64,000 bases of DNA from an uncultured Erysipelotrichaceae bacterium (GTDB lineage Bacteria; Bacillota_I; Bacilli_A; RF39; UBA660), in assembly GCA_902773675.1 (NCBI GenBank), contig CACYFN010000002.1:1453-65452 (forward strand), written 5' to 3'. A model generated the notes under the pieces. It did not search any database. It was not told where the DNA came from and saw only the letters and a list, made by a program, of their open reading frames with translations. The translations under genes were made by a program, and so were the position numbers. This document shows, in pieces, positions 1-13,084 of this stretch (positions are counted from its first letter, which is position 1; the number at the start of each line of letters is the position of its first letter).

Positions 1-480
1 ATATAGTGTATCTCCACATTCTAGATAATTAAATACATCTTCTCCAATTGGAGCATCTTGTGGTAGTTCATGAATACCTTTATTATAGTTTTCTTCTGTT
101 TCTTCTTCTAATCCTAATTCAAATAAAGCACATATCATTCCATCGGAATCTATTCCTCTTTTTTTACTTTTTGATATTTTAAAATTTCCAGGAAGTATTG
201 CTCCTGGTAAGGCTACTATAACTTTTAAACCAATTCTCACATTAGGTGCTCCACAAACAATTTGTTTAATATCACTTCCTATATTTACTTTACATACATG
301 TAAATGATCTGAATCAGGATGATCTTTACATTCTACTACTTCACCTATTACAAGATTATCAATATGATTAGATATAACATGTTCAACATTAATACCAGCT
401 TTGGTTATTTTATCGGCAAGTTCTACTAAGTTTTCATCTTTTATGTCAATATAATCTTTGACCCAATTCATACTTATCAT
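1..480 (-). CDS. pheT: phenylalanyl-tRNA synthetase beta subunit, N-terminal tRNA-binding domain (3' end lies outside the window)
   Basis: Minus-strand translation starts MISMNWVKDYIDIKDENLVELADKITKAG..., which is PheT-like. The ATG at 478-480 sits directly behind the pheS stop, so the two genes are coupled. Confidence 0.8.
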   Translation of the reverse strand, partial: MISMNWVKDYIDIKDENLVELADKITKAGINVEHVISNHIDNLVIGEVVECKDHPDSDHLHVCKVNIGSDIKQIVCGAPNVRIGLKVIVALPGAILPGNFKISKSKKRGIDSDGMICALFELGLEEETEENYNKGIHELPQDAPIGEDVFNYLECGDTLY

Positions 481-481
481 A

Positions 482-1525
482 TTAGTTATCCTCCCTTCTA
501 TCAAAATTAGCACTTTCTCTTAAATCATTTTCGTGTAAAATTCTCATATCATTCATATTATATTTAAGCATAGTTAATCTTTCAGCACCAAATCCGAATG
601 CAAATCCTTGCCACTTATCTGGATCATATCCACACATTTTTAAAACATTAGGGTGAACCATACCTGCTCCACAAATAGTTATCCAACCTTTTGGTTTACA
701 CATATTACATCCACTTCCATCACAATAAATACAACTCATATCAACCTCAACAGAAGGCTCTGTAAATGGATAATAACTAGGTCTAAATCTAATTTCAACA
801 TTTGGACCAAAAATGTGTTTTACAAATGCATCTACTGTCCCTTTTAAATCACTTAATGAAATATTTTTATCAATAACTAGTCCTTCTATTTGACACAATT
901 CTTGTTCATGAGTAGGATTTATATCTTCTCTACGATATGCCTTTCCAGGACAAATCATCCTAATTGGCTTTTCCCCTTTTCCTTCTAACATAGTTCTAAT
1001 TTGAACTGGTGAAGTTTGACTTCTTAAAAGTAATGTATCATCTTTTAAATAGAATGTATCTTGAGCATCTCTAGCTGGATGTTCTTTTGGTAAATTTAAC
1101 ATCTCAAAATTATATTTATCTAATTCTATTTCTGGTCCTTCTAAGACATCATATCCCATATTAATAAAGAATTCTTCTACCATTTCTATCATTTTTTCTT
1201 CAATATTAGGCTGTCCCAATTTAATTTTCGTACTTGGTAAAGTTATATCAATTTTTTCATTTTTTAGTTTTTCTTCTAGTATTTTCTTTTCTAATTCTTG
1301 TTTCTTAGTTTCAATTAAATCATTAGCTTTTGATTTTATTTCATTTAATTTTTTACCAAATTCTTTTTTTTCACTTTCTAACATTGTACCTATTTTTTTA
1401 GTTAACTCATTAATTGAACCTTTTTTACCTAAATATTCGGCTTTTAAATTATTTAAATCATTAATATTTTTGATTGTTTTAATTTTTTCTTTTAATTTTG
1501 ATAATATTTCTTCTGCATTTTTCAT
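482..1525 (-). CDS. pheS: phenylalanyl-tRNA synthetase alpha subunit
   Basis: The track ORF carries the class II aaRS core and PheS motifs. The start is moved to the MKNAEEILS Met at 1523-1525, which has the strong SD AGGAGGAATATT. The longer track start has no RBS. Confidence 0.85.
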   Translation of the reverse strand: MKNAEEILSKLKEKIKTIKNINDLNNLKAEYLGKKGSINELTKKIGTMLESEKKEFGKKLNEIKSKANDLIETKKQELEKKILEEKLKNEKIDITLPSTKIKLGQPNIEEKMIEMVEEFFINMGYDVLEGPEIELDKYNFEMLNLPKEHPARDAQDTFYLKDDTLLLRSQTSPVQIRTMLEGKGEKPIRMICPGKAYRREDINPTHEQELCQIEGLVIDKNISLSDLKGTVDAFVKHIFGPNVEIRFRPSYYPFTEPSVEVDMSCIYCDGSGCNMCKPKGWITICGAGMVHPNVLKMCGYDPDKWQGFAFGFGAERLTMLKYNMNDMRILHENDLRESANFDRREDN

Positions 1526-1545
1526 AATATTCCTCCTAAGCAAAA

Positions 1546-1735
1546 AAAGTATTATAAAATAAGGGACGAAATATCCGTGGTACCACCCTTTTTCATAATA
1601 CTATTATGCACTTAAATTTACTATAAAGCGTAACCTGATTGTTCAAAAGACGAATTCATAAAATACTATCATTCACTTGCACCAACCGTGAACTCTCTTT
1701 GGATAGTTTAGATTACTACTACTTCTTCATCAACA
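1546..1735 (-). promoter_or_regulatory. T-box riboswitch leader, Phe specifier UUC, with terminator/antiterminator
   Basis: The minus strand reads AGAGAG, then AGUGA, then AAUUCG with a UUC specifier. It also carries AAGGGUGGUACCACGG, which matches the T-box consensus AGGGUGGUACCGCGG. A stem and U-run follow just before the pheS SD. Confidence 0.6.
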
Positions 1736-1781
1736 CAATTAAACAAGTTTATAATATCATAATTTTTTATTTTAAACAATA

Positions 1782-2760
1782 CTATTCATATATTTTTTTC
1801 TTATTTGTTAGATTTGATTCGGGATAATATCCACTTTTTTGTAATTCAAAATATTTTAAATATTGTTTAAGAAAATATAATTTATCTATATTTTTATTAA
1901 ATACTAAGTCACTAAATTCTAATGCTTGTTCTAAAAATATTTCATCATACCATTTAATATCATTATATTTATCCTTAATTAGTTCATGCCTTTTCGTTAC
2001 TATTTCAATATTAAAATTTTTGCTCTTACAATATTCAAATACTTTTACTAGTAAATTTATATAATTTTGAATTATAGGGGCTTCTAAAGATGTGTTTGCT
2101 CCTCTTGATTCAACTGTATTTTTATTTCCATATTCATTACATTTTAAATAATCTACGTGCAAAAAATTAATTGCTTTATATTTATCATATGATATTTTTC
2201 TAATTAAATCTTTCAATTTTAAATCTTTTTTCTTACTCAATTGTTCATAATCATTCCATAAATCTTCAGATATTGGATGAGCATATTCTACTATACTAGG
2301 ACGTCCTGTTAAAAAATTTCCATATAAGAATCTATATATAATATTTTCATATGTTGACCAAAATGCACAAAAGTTTAGCCATGACTCTGTGTTATCGCCT
2401 AATATATGGGCACCTATATGAACATGAAGACTTGAGTTTTTTCCAATTTCACACCAAGGATTTATTAGTTCACACATTTCTTTTATTTGATTCCATTTTA
2501 CTTTTTCATCAAATAATGGATTGGATACTATTTCTAGACCTCTATCTAATGATCCATCATATTTTAATGTCCATTCAACTGTATCTTTAGAAAATAGTCT
2601 ATTTAAATCTAATTCTTTATAATTTTTTTGAAATTCTTCAATAATTTTGTCAATATTAGCTTTTTCTACTTCTATTTCTATTCCAAATGTGTTTTCTTTT
2701 TTTAGTTCAAGTGAATCTCTTAATTTAATTGTTAGTTCATCTAGTAAAAGAACTATAATT
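1782..2760 (-). CDS. amidoligase / GS-like carboxylate-amine ligase family protein with an uncertain start
   Basis: An in-frame FGIEIEVE motif is followed by LHVHIGAH. The only ATG start (at 2477) would cut off the conserved N-terminal motif. The frame stays open up to a TAA at about 2772 with no ATG, GTG or TTG, so ATT at 2758-2760 or ATA are the candidate starts. Confidence 0.4.
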
Positions 2761-3685
2761 TTTGAAGTTCTTCTCCATTAAGAGTTGATAAATAGTTATT
2801 TTTTTGAGGATTTAAATAACTATATATAATTTCTTCTGAATTTGTATTTTCATAATTTAGGATATTTTTACTATGATATTTAGTTAATCTTTCATAATTA
2901 CTTTTTCTTATTTCAAATTTTTTTTCTAAATTATTTAAATAATTTATATCATTTTTTTCTATTTTTTCTTTTATTTCTTTATAATTTATTGGAAAAACAT
3001 CTCTGAATGAAAGAACTAATACTTCTAAAATAAATGTTATAAGTAACCATAATACTGTCTCAATAATATTTGTACTTATTTGTTGATTTATATATAATGT
3101 TTTATTATTTTCTTCACTATATATTTTTGCTTCTAAATATTGAAAATTTTCGGTAAAGCTTATATAATCTTTAATCTCTGTTTTATTAATTACTGGACTT
3201 CCAAATAAAGATTCTAAATCTTCATTTTTATTTTTTAATATTTTTTCTATTTTTTCTTTATCTATTGAACCTATATTATATATTTTAATATTTCTAGAAA
3301 ACATATGATTATCTGATTCGTGCCAATAATCATAAAACGTTATGGTATTGTCTGTATTTTCAAATGGTTCATATTGTTCTTCATATCTAATATTACCTGT
3401 ACTACTTATTTCTTCCATTATTTTTAAATTATTTTTTTCTTTGTCAATATAAAATGGTGTATGACCTATAATCATACTACCACCTAATGTAATACCTAAG
3501 GCAATAGCAAAAGGAGCTATTATTCTCCCCTTACAAATGAATATTTTTATATGTTTATTTATTTTAGACTTTATTTTTTCTAATGTTTTATGATTTAACT
3601 TATACTCAAATTTTTTTAAATCTTTCTCTAGTGAAATTAATAGTCTTTTTCTATCTTCGTCTTGTGAAGGGGTTAATGTAATCAT
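2753..3685 (-). CDS. hypothetical membrane protein
   Basis: 310-aa ORF with two predicted TM segments and no recognisable domain. Its 3' end overlaps the amidoligase-like ORF in another frame. Confidence 0.45.
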   Translation of the reverse strand: MITLTPSQDEDRKRLLISLEKDLKKFEYKLNHKTLEKIKSKINKHIKIFICKGRIIAPFAIALGITLGGSMIIGHTPFYIDKEKNNLKIMEEISSTGNIRYEEQYEPFENTDNTITFYDYWHESDNHMFSRNIKIYNIGSIDKEKIEKILKNKNEDLESLFGSPVINKTEIKDYISFTENFQYLEAKIYSEENNKTLYINQQISTNIIETVLWLLITFILEVLVLSFRDVFPINYKEIKEKIEKNDINYLNNLEKKFEIRKSNYERLTKYHSKNILNYENTNSEEIIYSYLNPQKNNYLSTLNGEELQKL

Positions 3686-3749
3686 AAATTCATCCCGTTT
3701 CTTATATATTTTGTCTATTATATCACAAGTTAATAATAATGTATCTTTT

Positions 3750-6305
3750 TTATTTTGCTTCGTACCAATTTATACCATAATTTATTTCTACATTTAGTGG
3801 TACATCTAATTTATAGATATTTTCCATAGTATTTTTTACTATCTCTTTTACTATTTCTAATTCTTCATTAGGGCAGTCAAATACAAGTTCATCATGCACT
3901 TGGACTATCATTTTACTTTTTAAGTTTTTCTTATTAAATATATCATATATTTCAATCATAGCTTTTTTTAGTATATCAGCACTTGTACCTTGAATAGGAG
4001 TATTTAATGCCATTCTTTCTGCACTACTTCTAATCATATAATTTTTATTATTTAATTCTGGTATAGTTCTTTTTCTATTAAATAAAGTAAGTACATAACC
4101 ATTGTTATGAGCATTTAGTATTGTTTTATCCATATATTCTTTTATTCCTGGATAAGTATTTAAATAATCATCTATAAAGGCTTGGGCTTGTTTTGGATTG
4201 ATACTTAAATTTTCTGATAATCCAAAACTACTTATTCCATAAATAATTCCAAAGTTAACTGCTTTTGCTACTCTACGCATTTCTTTTGTTACATCACTAA
4301 TATCTATATGATATATATCACTAGCTGTTTTAGAGTGAATATCTATATTATTTTTAAATGCATCTATAAGTGAATCAATATGAGCCATATGGGATAGTAT
4401 TCTAAGTTCTATTTGTGAGTAATCACTACTTAGTATTACTCCATTATTACTAGGTATGAAGGCTTTTCTTATGAGTCTTCCATATTCATATCTAATTGGA
4501 ATATTTTGTAAATTAGGTTCTATTGATGAAAGTCTACCTGTTCTTGTTACTGTTTGAGTATAAATGGTATGTATTTTATTATCACTACTTATGGTATTTA
4601 TTAGTCCTTCTATATATGTTGTATATAGTTTTGTAAGCATTCTATATTCTAATATATAATTTATTATTATATGTTTATCTCTTAATTTTTCCAATACATC
4701 AGCTGCAGTTGAATAGCCTGTTTTTCCTTTTTTACCATGTGGTAAATTTAATTTTTCAAATAAGATATTTCCTAATTGACTAGGAGATGATATATTAAAT
4801 TCATTACCTGCTATTTTATATATTTCACTACTAATTGACTCTATTTTATTTTTTATTTCTTTACCCATGTCATTTAAGATATTTTTATCTACTTTAATAC
4901 CGGTATATTCCATATCAGCAAGTACATAAACTAATTTCATTTCAATATTATTAAATAAATTTAACATGTTTTCTTTTTCTAACTTATTTAATAAATCTAT
5001 ATGTGTCTCATAGATAAATTTAGCTTTTTGAATGGATATCTTTGCGAGTTCATTAATTTCATCTGTTTTGGTAAATGGTATATTATAACCTTGTTCGTTA
5101 GCTAAATAAGTTATATCATCTTTAACATTATATTCTAATAAATATGCGGCTATCATGGTATCAAATGTGCATAAATCAATAAAAATATTCTGATATTTAA
5201 AGGCTACTAATACTTTTTTTAAGTCATATGTGTATTTGATATTTTTAATTAGAAATTCTGGATTTTGTTTTAATATATTAAATGGTATAAAATAACTAAC
5301 ATCTTCATTATATACACTTAAACCTATAATATTTGCATTATGATAATTAGTATTATCCATTTCTAAGTATATTGCACATTCTTTAGTTATTTTAATATCA
5401 TTTATGTTATTAATTATTTTAACATTTATGTCTTGAATAGTTTTTTGTTCATTCTTTTTTAAAAATGAATAGAATTCTAATTCTTCATACATTTTATTTA
5501 ATAGTTCATAATTAGGTTCTAAATATTTAGTATCTTCGATAGTTATTTCCATTGGTACATCTTTAACAATAGTAGCAATTGAATAACTCATATAAGCATT
5601 ATCTTTATCAGTTACTAATTTATCATGAGTACTACCTTTTATTTCATCTATATGTTCATAAATACCATCTAGTGTTTTGTATTGAGTAAGTAGTTTTAAA
5701 GCAGTTTTTTCTCCTATACCTTTTACTCCTGGTATATTATCACTACTATCACCCATTAGGGCTTTTAAGTCAATTATATTTATAGGATCTATTCCATAAT
5801 CTTTTTTAAATGTTTCTGGATTATATCTTATATAATCTTTTTGTTTTAGTAGTTTTATATCGACATGATTAGATAATAGTTGTAGTAAATCTTTATCACT
5901 ACTAATAATTGTTCCATCATAATCATCATCTTTATTACAATATTCAGCAAATGTACCAATGATATCATCTGCTTCATAATTGTCTATTTCATAATATTTT
6001 ATACCCATATAAGTTAGTAATTCTTTAGCAATAGGAAATTGTACTTTTAATTCATCTGGTGTTTCTCCTCTTCCACCTTTATAAAAATCATATTTAGCAT
6101 GTCTAAATGTTTTTCCTTTATCAAAGGCAACCATTATATACACTGGTTTTTCTTCAGTTATTATTTTATTTATCATATTTACAAATCCAAATAAGGCATT
6201 TGTTGGAAAACCTTTACTATTTTTCATAAAATTACCATTATATGCTGTTGCATAATAGCTTCTAAATAATAGGTTATTACCATCTACTAATAATATTTTT
6301 TTCAT
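3750..6305 (-). CDS. polA: DNA polymerase I
   Basis: A 5'-3' exonuclease N-terminus (KKILLVDGNNLLFRSYYA) is followed by the polymerase domain. The start is set at the internal MKKIL Met (6303-6305), which has the SD AGGTGAT. The track ORF extends upstream of it without support. Confidence 0.9.
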   Translation of the reverse strand: MKKILLVDGNNLLFRSYYATAYNGNFMKNSKGFPTNALFGFVNMINKIITEEKPVYIMVAFDKGKTFRHAKYDFYKGGRGETPDELKVQFPIAKELLTYMGIKYYEIDNYEADDIIGTFAEYCNKDDDYDGTIISSDKDLLQLLSNHVDIKLLKQKDYIRYNPETFKKDYGIDPINIIDLKALMGDSSDNIPGVKGIGEKTALKLLTQYKTLDGIYEHIDEIKGSTHDKLVTDKDNAYMSYSIATIVKDVPMEITIEDTKYLEPNYELLNKMYEELEFYSFLKKNEQKTIQDINVKIINNINDIKITKECAIYLEMDNTNYHNANIIGLSVYNEDVSYFIPFNILKQNPEFLIKNIKYTYDLKKVLVAFKYQNIFIDLCTFDTMIAAYLLEYNVKDDITYLANEQGYNIPFTKTDEINELAKISIQKAKFIYETHIDLLNKLEKENMLNLFNNIEMKLVYVLADMEYTGIKVDKNILNDMGKEIKNKIESISSEIYKIAGNEFNISSPSQLGNILFEKLNLPHGKKGKTGYSTAADVLEKLRDKHIIINYILEYRMLTKLYTTYIEGLINTISSDNKIHTIYTQTVTRTGRLSSIEPNLQNIPIRYEYGRLIRKAFIPSNNGVILSSDYSQIELRILSHMAHIDSLIDAFKNNIDIHSKTASDIYHIDISDVTKEMRRVAKAVNFGIIYGISSFGLSENLSINPKQAQAFIDDYLNTYPGIKEYMDKTILNAHNNGYVLTLFNRKRTIPELNNKNYMIRSSAERMALNTPIQGTSADILKKAMIEIYDIFNKKNLKSKMIVQVHDELVFDCPNEELEIVKEIVKNTMENIYKLDVPLNVEINYGINWYEAK

Positions 6306-6449
6306 TATATCACCTAAAATAATTATACATTTATTAAATATTTTAGTCAATGAAAAAGAAGGATAATTCCTTCTTACAGACTGTTGACAAATAAGTAAGT
6401 TAATATACCTATTTGTCAACAGTCTGAAAAAACAATGTTAATTGTTTTT

Positions 6450-7121
6450 CTAGTTATTTTCTACTTTTAATATATTATTAATATTCGCATAATTAATAAT
6501 AATTTTATAATTTTCGATATTATAATATTCAGATAAATCTATCTCCAATTTTTCAATATAGTCTTTTTTATTTACTATTATCTTTATATTTCCATCTATA
6601 TCATTACTATCATTTATAAATGTTTTATAATCTTTATTATTAATAATATATTCATATGAAATATTTCCATCTTTATATTCTGTTTTAGAATTATAATCAA
6701 AATTATTTAATAGTTTTTCTATTTCATTATAACTTAATCTACTGATTGGAAATTCTACAATTAATTCATTTGTTGTATTGGAATAAATATAATAATCTTT
6801 AATATTATAATCTTCTGAATCTAATTTAAAATTATCTTTATTATCATAATATGTTCCTGATATTTTTAATAAATTATTATCTTTATTAATTTCATATGTA
6901 TATTCATAATTACTTATTTCTTTTTTATTTTGTGAATTTTCTATATTTTCATTTGCTGTTTGAGAATTGTTATCATATTTTATAGGTGTGTTTGATGGTT
7001 GACCACTCTTTATATAAATGAAAACTATTATAAAAAATATTCCATATACAATTAGAAGATATAGTGATCTTTTTTTAGGATCTTTTTTAAATTCTTTTAT
7101 TTTTTTTATAAAATTTTTCAT
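6450..7121 (-). CDS. hypothetical membrane-anchored protein
   Basis: One N-terminal TM segment with an N/Y-rich exodomain. Its start overlaps the fmt stop as ATGA. Confidence 0.45.
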   Translation of the reverse strand: MKNFIKKIKEFKKDPKKRSLYLLIVYGIFFIIVFIYIKSGQPSNTPIKYDNNSQTANENIENSQNKKEISNYEYTYEINKDNNLLKISGTYYDNKDNFKLDSEDYNIKDYYIYSNTTNELIVEFPISRLSYNEIEKLLNNFDYNSKTEYKDGNISYEYIINNKDYKTFINDSNDIDGNIKIIVNKKDYIEKLEIDLSEYYNIENYKIIINYANINNILKVENN

Positions 7122-8058
7122 TTTAAGATTTTTCCTTTCAATGAATTTTTATCTATACCATTTAAATAATCACTAGCTAACATTCTTTTTTTACCTTCTA
7201 GTTGAATATCTGTTAAGACTATTTCTCCATCACTAACTTTTATACCTATACCATCTTTATAAATATTTGATATTTCTCCATTTTGTAAATTATTTATTTC
7301 TTTATCACTTATATAACTATTCCATATTTTAATTCTTTTATCATCTAACATGGCATAAGCACCTGGATGATTATTTAATCCTCTAATTTGGTTATAAATT
7401 TCTATTTTTGTTTTATTGAAATCTATTTTTTCTTCTTCTTTTGTGATGTTATAGGCATATGTTGCTTCAGTACTTTCTTGTTTTATTCTCTTGATCTTAT
7501 TATTTATAATATCTGGTAATGTTTTTAATAGTAATTCTTTTCCAACTATTTTAAGTTTATCATGAAGGGAAGACATAGTATCAGTATCTTCTATTACTAC
7601 TTCTTCTTTGCTTATTATATCTCCAGTATCCATAGACTCATCCATATACATTATGGTAATACCTGTTTTATCATAGCCATCAATAATGGCATGATGAATT
7701 GGAGCTCCTCCTCTTAGTTTTGGAAGGAGAGATGCATGGACATTAATACAACCATATTTTGGATATTCTAGTAGTATTTTAGGTATAATTTGGCCGTAAG
7801 CAGCGGTTATTATGATATTAGGATTTAAATCTAATATTTCTTGATAGTCTTCTCTTATTTTTGTTGGTTGTAATACTTTTATATTGTGTTTTAAAGCTAA
7901 TTCTTTGATTGGTGATATACTAATTTTACCACCACGTCCTACAGGTTTATCTGGCTGTGTTACTACACCTATAACATTATAATTTTTTATTAATCCGTCT
8001 AATATTGGTACACTAAATAAAGGAGTGCCCATAAATACTATTTTTATATCTTTATTCA
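7118..8058 (-). CDS. fmt: methionyl-tRNA formyltransferase portion with a possible independent internal start
   Basis: The Met of MNKDIKIVFMGTP (8056-8058) is preceded by the SD AAAGAGGT, which lies inside the last pflA codons. Confidence 0.6.
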
Positions 8059-8773
8059 TTTTTACCTCTTTACTAAGTAATATTTTTTCTAATTCTTTGC
8101 ATCTTTTTTTATCCATTGCTTCTACGCCATTTAATTTATATTTTATATTTAATTTTTGATATTTTGATACACCTATCAAACTATATGGAAGTAGTTGTAC
8201 TTTTTCTACATTTTTTATATTTTTTATATAATCTTTTAATTTATAAATATATTCTTCGGTATCATTAATTCCTGGTACAATTACTTGTCTTAACCATAAT
8301 TTTTTATTTAATTCTTGTACTTTTTTTAGGAAATATTCAAATTTATCCATATTTTTAGTAGTTATTTTCTTATAATTTTCATTATCTATTGCTTTTATAT
8401 CTAAAAGAATTAAATCGGTATATTTTAATATTTCATCTAGTAAATTTTTATCATAGCCATTACCGGCCGTATCTATACAAGTGTGAATACCAGCTTTTTT
8501 ACATAGTTTTAGTACTTCAAGTAAGAATTCGGATTGTAGAAGTGGTTCTCCTCCTGAAATGGTTATTCCACCACCCATTTCAATATAACTTCGATATTTT
8601 CTTACTACATCTACGATATCTTTAGCACTTGTCTCTAGGTTATTACCTGGTATCCAAGTATCAGGATTATGACAGAAGCAGCATCTTAGGGGACATCCTT
8701 GAAAAAATACTACAACACGAATACCAGGGCCATCAAGTAGGCCCATGGTTTCGATTGAGTGGATATATCCCAT
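7118..8773 (-). CDS. pflA-fmt: in-frame fusion of pyruvate formate-lyase activating enzyme (radical SAM) and methionyl-tRNA formyltransferase
   Basis: The N-terminal 245 aa are a complete PflA (CPLRCCFCHNPDTW, GGGITISGGEP). They run without a stop codon into a complete Fmt (FMGTPLFSVP, QPDKPVGRG, HASLLPKLRGGAPI). Confidence 0.7.
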   Translation of the reverse strand: MGYIHSIETMGLLDGPGIRVVVFFQGCPLRCCFCHNPDTWIPGNNLETSAKDIVDVVRKYRSYIEMGGGITISGGEPLLQSEFLLEVLKLCKKAGIHTCIDTAGNGYDKNLLDEILKYTDLILLDIKAIDNENYKKITTKNMDKFEYFLKKVQELNKKLWLRQVIVPGINDTEEYIYKLKDYIKNIKNVEKVQLLPYSLIGVSKYQKLNIKYKLNGVEAMDKKRCKELEKILLSKEVKMNKDIKIVFMGTPLFSVPILDGLIKNYNVIGVVTQPDKPVGRGGKISISPIKELALKHNIKVLQPTKIREDYQEILDLNPNIIITAAYGQIIPKILLEYPKYGCINVHASLLPKLRGGAPIHHAIIDGYDKTGITIMYMDESMDTGDIISKEEVVIEDTDTMSSLHDKLKIVGKELLLKTLPDIINNKIKRIKQESTEATYAYNITKEEEKIDFNKTKIEIYNQIRGLNNHPGAYAMLDDKRIKIWNSYISDKEINNLQNGEISNIYKDGIGIKVSDGEIVLTDIQLEGKKRMLASDYLNGIDKNSLKGKILK

Positions 8774-10992
8774 TATAATGCCTCGTGGAATGTTCTAGAT
8801 ATTACTTCTTCTTGTTGTTTACGTGTTAGATTATTAAAGTTAACTGCATATCCGGAAATTCTAATTGTTAAATTAGGATATTTATTACGATTATTCATTG
8901 CATCTACTAACATTTGACGATCTAAAACGTTAACGTTTAGGTGATGTCCTCCTTGTTTAAAATATCCATCTAAGATGTGTACTAAATTACTTATTCTATC
9001 TTCTTCTGAACCAAGTGCATCTGGTATGATTGAGAATGTATTTGATATACCATCTAAACATAATGTATATGGTATTTTAGCAACTGATGATAATGATGCA
9101 ATGGCTCCACTTTTGTCGTTTCCTTGTGTTGGATTTGCTCCTGGGGCGAATGGTACTCCTTTTGCTCTTCCATCAGGTGTAGCTCCGGTATTATTTCCAT
9201 ACATTACATTAGAAGTTATTGTTAATAATGATATAGTTGGTTCTGCATTACGATATAGTGGATATTTTTTTAGTTCTTTTGAAAATTTGGTGATTATTTC
9301 TACTGCTAATTTATCTACCCTGTCATCATTATTTCCATATTTAGGGAAATCTTTTTCAGCATCAAATAATGAAGTTATTCCACGTTCGTCTCTTTTAACA
9401 CGTACTTGACCATATTTAATTGCGGATAATGAATCAGCAACAACACTAATTCCAGCTATACCAAAGGCCATTACTCTATTTGGAATAGTATCATGAAGAG
9501 CCATTTGACTACTTTCATAAGCATATTTATCATGCATGTAGTGAATTATATTTAACGCATCAACATATGTTTTAGTTAACTTTTTTATAACTTTTTCATA
9601 GACATGCATAAATTCATCATAATCAATGTAATCTCCTTCGATTTGCTCAATTCCATCTATTACGACATCACCACTTATTTCATCTCGACCGCCATTTAAA
9701 GCATAAAGAAGTGCTTTAGCTAGATTAATACGGGCTCCAAAGAATTGCATTTGTTTACCTTCTACCATAGCTGATACGCAACAGCTAATTGCATAATCAC
9801 TACCATATATTGGACGCATTACATCATCATTCTCATATTGAATTGTATGTGTTATGATTGACATTTCACTGCAATATTTTTTGAAGCTTTCAGGTAATTT
9901 GTTACTCCATAATATTGTCATATTTGGTTCTGCTGATGTACCTATATTATTTAATGTGTTAATAATTCTAAATGATGATTTGGTAACTAATGATCTAGAA
10001 TCATCAAGCATTCCACCAATTGATTCTGTTACCCAAGTAGGATCTCCAGCAAATAATTCATTATATTCTGGTGTTCTTAGGTGTCTAACTAGTCTTAATT
10101 TTATTACATATTGATCAATTAATTCTTGAGCTTCTTCTTCAGTAATTAGACCTTTTTCTAAGTCTCTTTCAATATATATATCTATAAATGTAGTATTTCT
10201 TCCGATACTAGTTGCTGCTCCATTATTTTGTTTGATTGCTGCTAGATATCCAAAGTATAACCACTGAATTGCTTCTTTAGCGTTTGAAGCTGGTTTTGAA
10301 ATATCATATCCATAACGAGATGCCATTTTTACTGTTTCTTTTAGGGCTTTTATTTGTTCTGCTACTTCTTCACGAAGTCTAATGGTTGACATATTAAGTG
10401 GATCTATTAATTTATCTAGATCTTCTTGTTTCTTTGCTATTAGAAAGTCAACTCCATATAGGGCAATTCTTCTATAATCACCTATTAGACGTCCACGACC
10501 ATATGCATCAGGAAGTCCTGTTATTAAATGATTAGTTCTGGCTTTTCTGATATCTTTTGTATAGGCATCAAATACTCCATCGTTATGTGTTTTACGATAT
10601 TCTGTAAATTTCATTTCTATGTCTTTATTTAATACATAACCATAGGCTTCTAAGGATTTTTTTACCATTCTCATACCGCCATATGGATTTACAATTCTTT
10701 TTAGTGGCTCATCTGTTTGAAGTCCTACTATTACTTCATTTTTTCTATCAATGTATCCTGGTTCAAAATTATCAATTCCAGCTATGATATCTGTTTCTAC
10801 ATCAAGTACTCCACTGATTGCTTCTTTTTTTATTAATGATTCACATTTTTTCCATACTTTTTGAGTTTTGCTTGATACTCCTTTTAAGAATGTACTATCT
10901 CCTCTGTATTCTTTATAATTGGCAGCAATAAATCCTGCGACATCGATATTTTTTTGCCAATTTCCATTTTTAAATCCATTCCATTCGTTCAT
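8773..10992 (-). CDS. pflB: formate C-acetyltransferase (pyruvate formate-lyase)
   Basis: 739 aa with the glycyl-radical motif RISGYAV near the C-terminus. Its stop and the pflA start overlap as TAATG. Confidence 0.9.
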   Translation of the reverse strand: MNEWNGFKNGNWQKNIDVAGFIAANYKEYRGDSTFLKGVSSKTQKVWKKCESLIKKEAISGVLDVETDIIAGIDNFEPGYIDRKNEVIVGLQTDEPLKRIVNPYGGMRMVKKSLEAYGYVLNKDIEMKFTEYRKTHNDGVFDAYTKDIRKARTNHLITGLPDAYGRGRLIGDYRRIALYGVDFLIAKKQEDLDKLIDPLNMSTIRLREEVAEQIKALKETVKMASRYGYDISKPASNAKEAIQWLYFGYLAAIKQNNGAATSIGRNTTFIDIYIERDLEKGLITEEEAQELIDQYVIKLRLVRHLRTPEYNELFAGDPTWVTESIGGMLDDSRSLVTKSSFRIINTLNNIGTSAEPNMTILWSNKLPESFKKYCSEMSIITHTIQYENDDVMRPIYGSDYAISCCVSAMVEGKQMQFFGARINLAKALLYALNGGRDEISGDVVIDGIEQIEGDYIDYDEFMHVYEKVIKKLTKTYVDALNIIHYMHDKYAYESSQMALHDTIPNRVMAFGIAGISVVADSLSAIKYGQVRVKRDERGITSLFDAEKDFPKYGNNDDRVDKLAVEIITKFSKELKKYPLYRNAEPTISLLTITSNVMYGNNTGATPDGRAKGVPFAPGANPTQGNDKSGAIASLSSVAKIPYTLCLDGISNTFSIIPDALGSEEDRISNLVHILDGYFKQGGHHLNVNVLDRQMLVDAMNNRNKYPNLTIRISGYAVNFNNLTRKQQEEVISRTFHEAL

Positions 10993-10995
10993 AAT

Positions 10996-12972
<1,977 letters not shown>

Positions 12973-13084
12973 TCACCTCATCTATTCCTATATACATTAT
13001 ACCATGAACTAAATTTTTTTTAAACAAAAATTGACATAATTTGAAATTTATAGTAATATATTTTTCAAAAAAGGGGGAGTTGTT

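Noticed and set aside
653-847. Many plus-strand track ORFs of 60-160 aa that lie inside minus-strand genes (for example 653-847, 8975-9409, 17060-17428, 23302-23711, 48877-49353, 54398-54589).
   Set aside because: They are antisense to well-supported genes, have low-complexity or hydrophobic compositions typical of AT-rich antisense frames, and have no RBS. I treat them as spurious.
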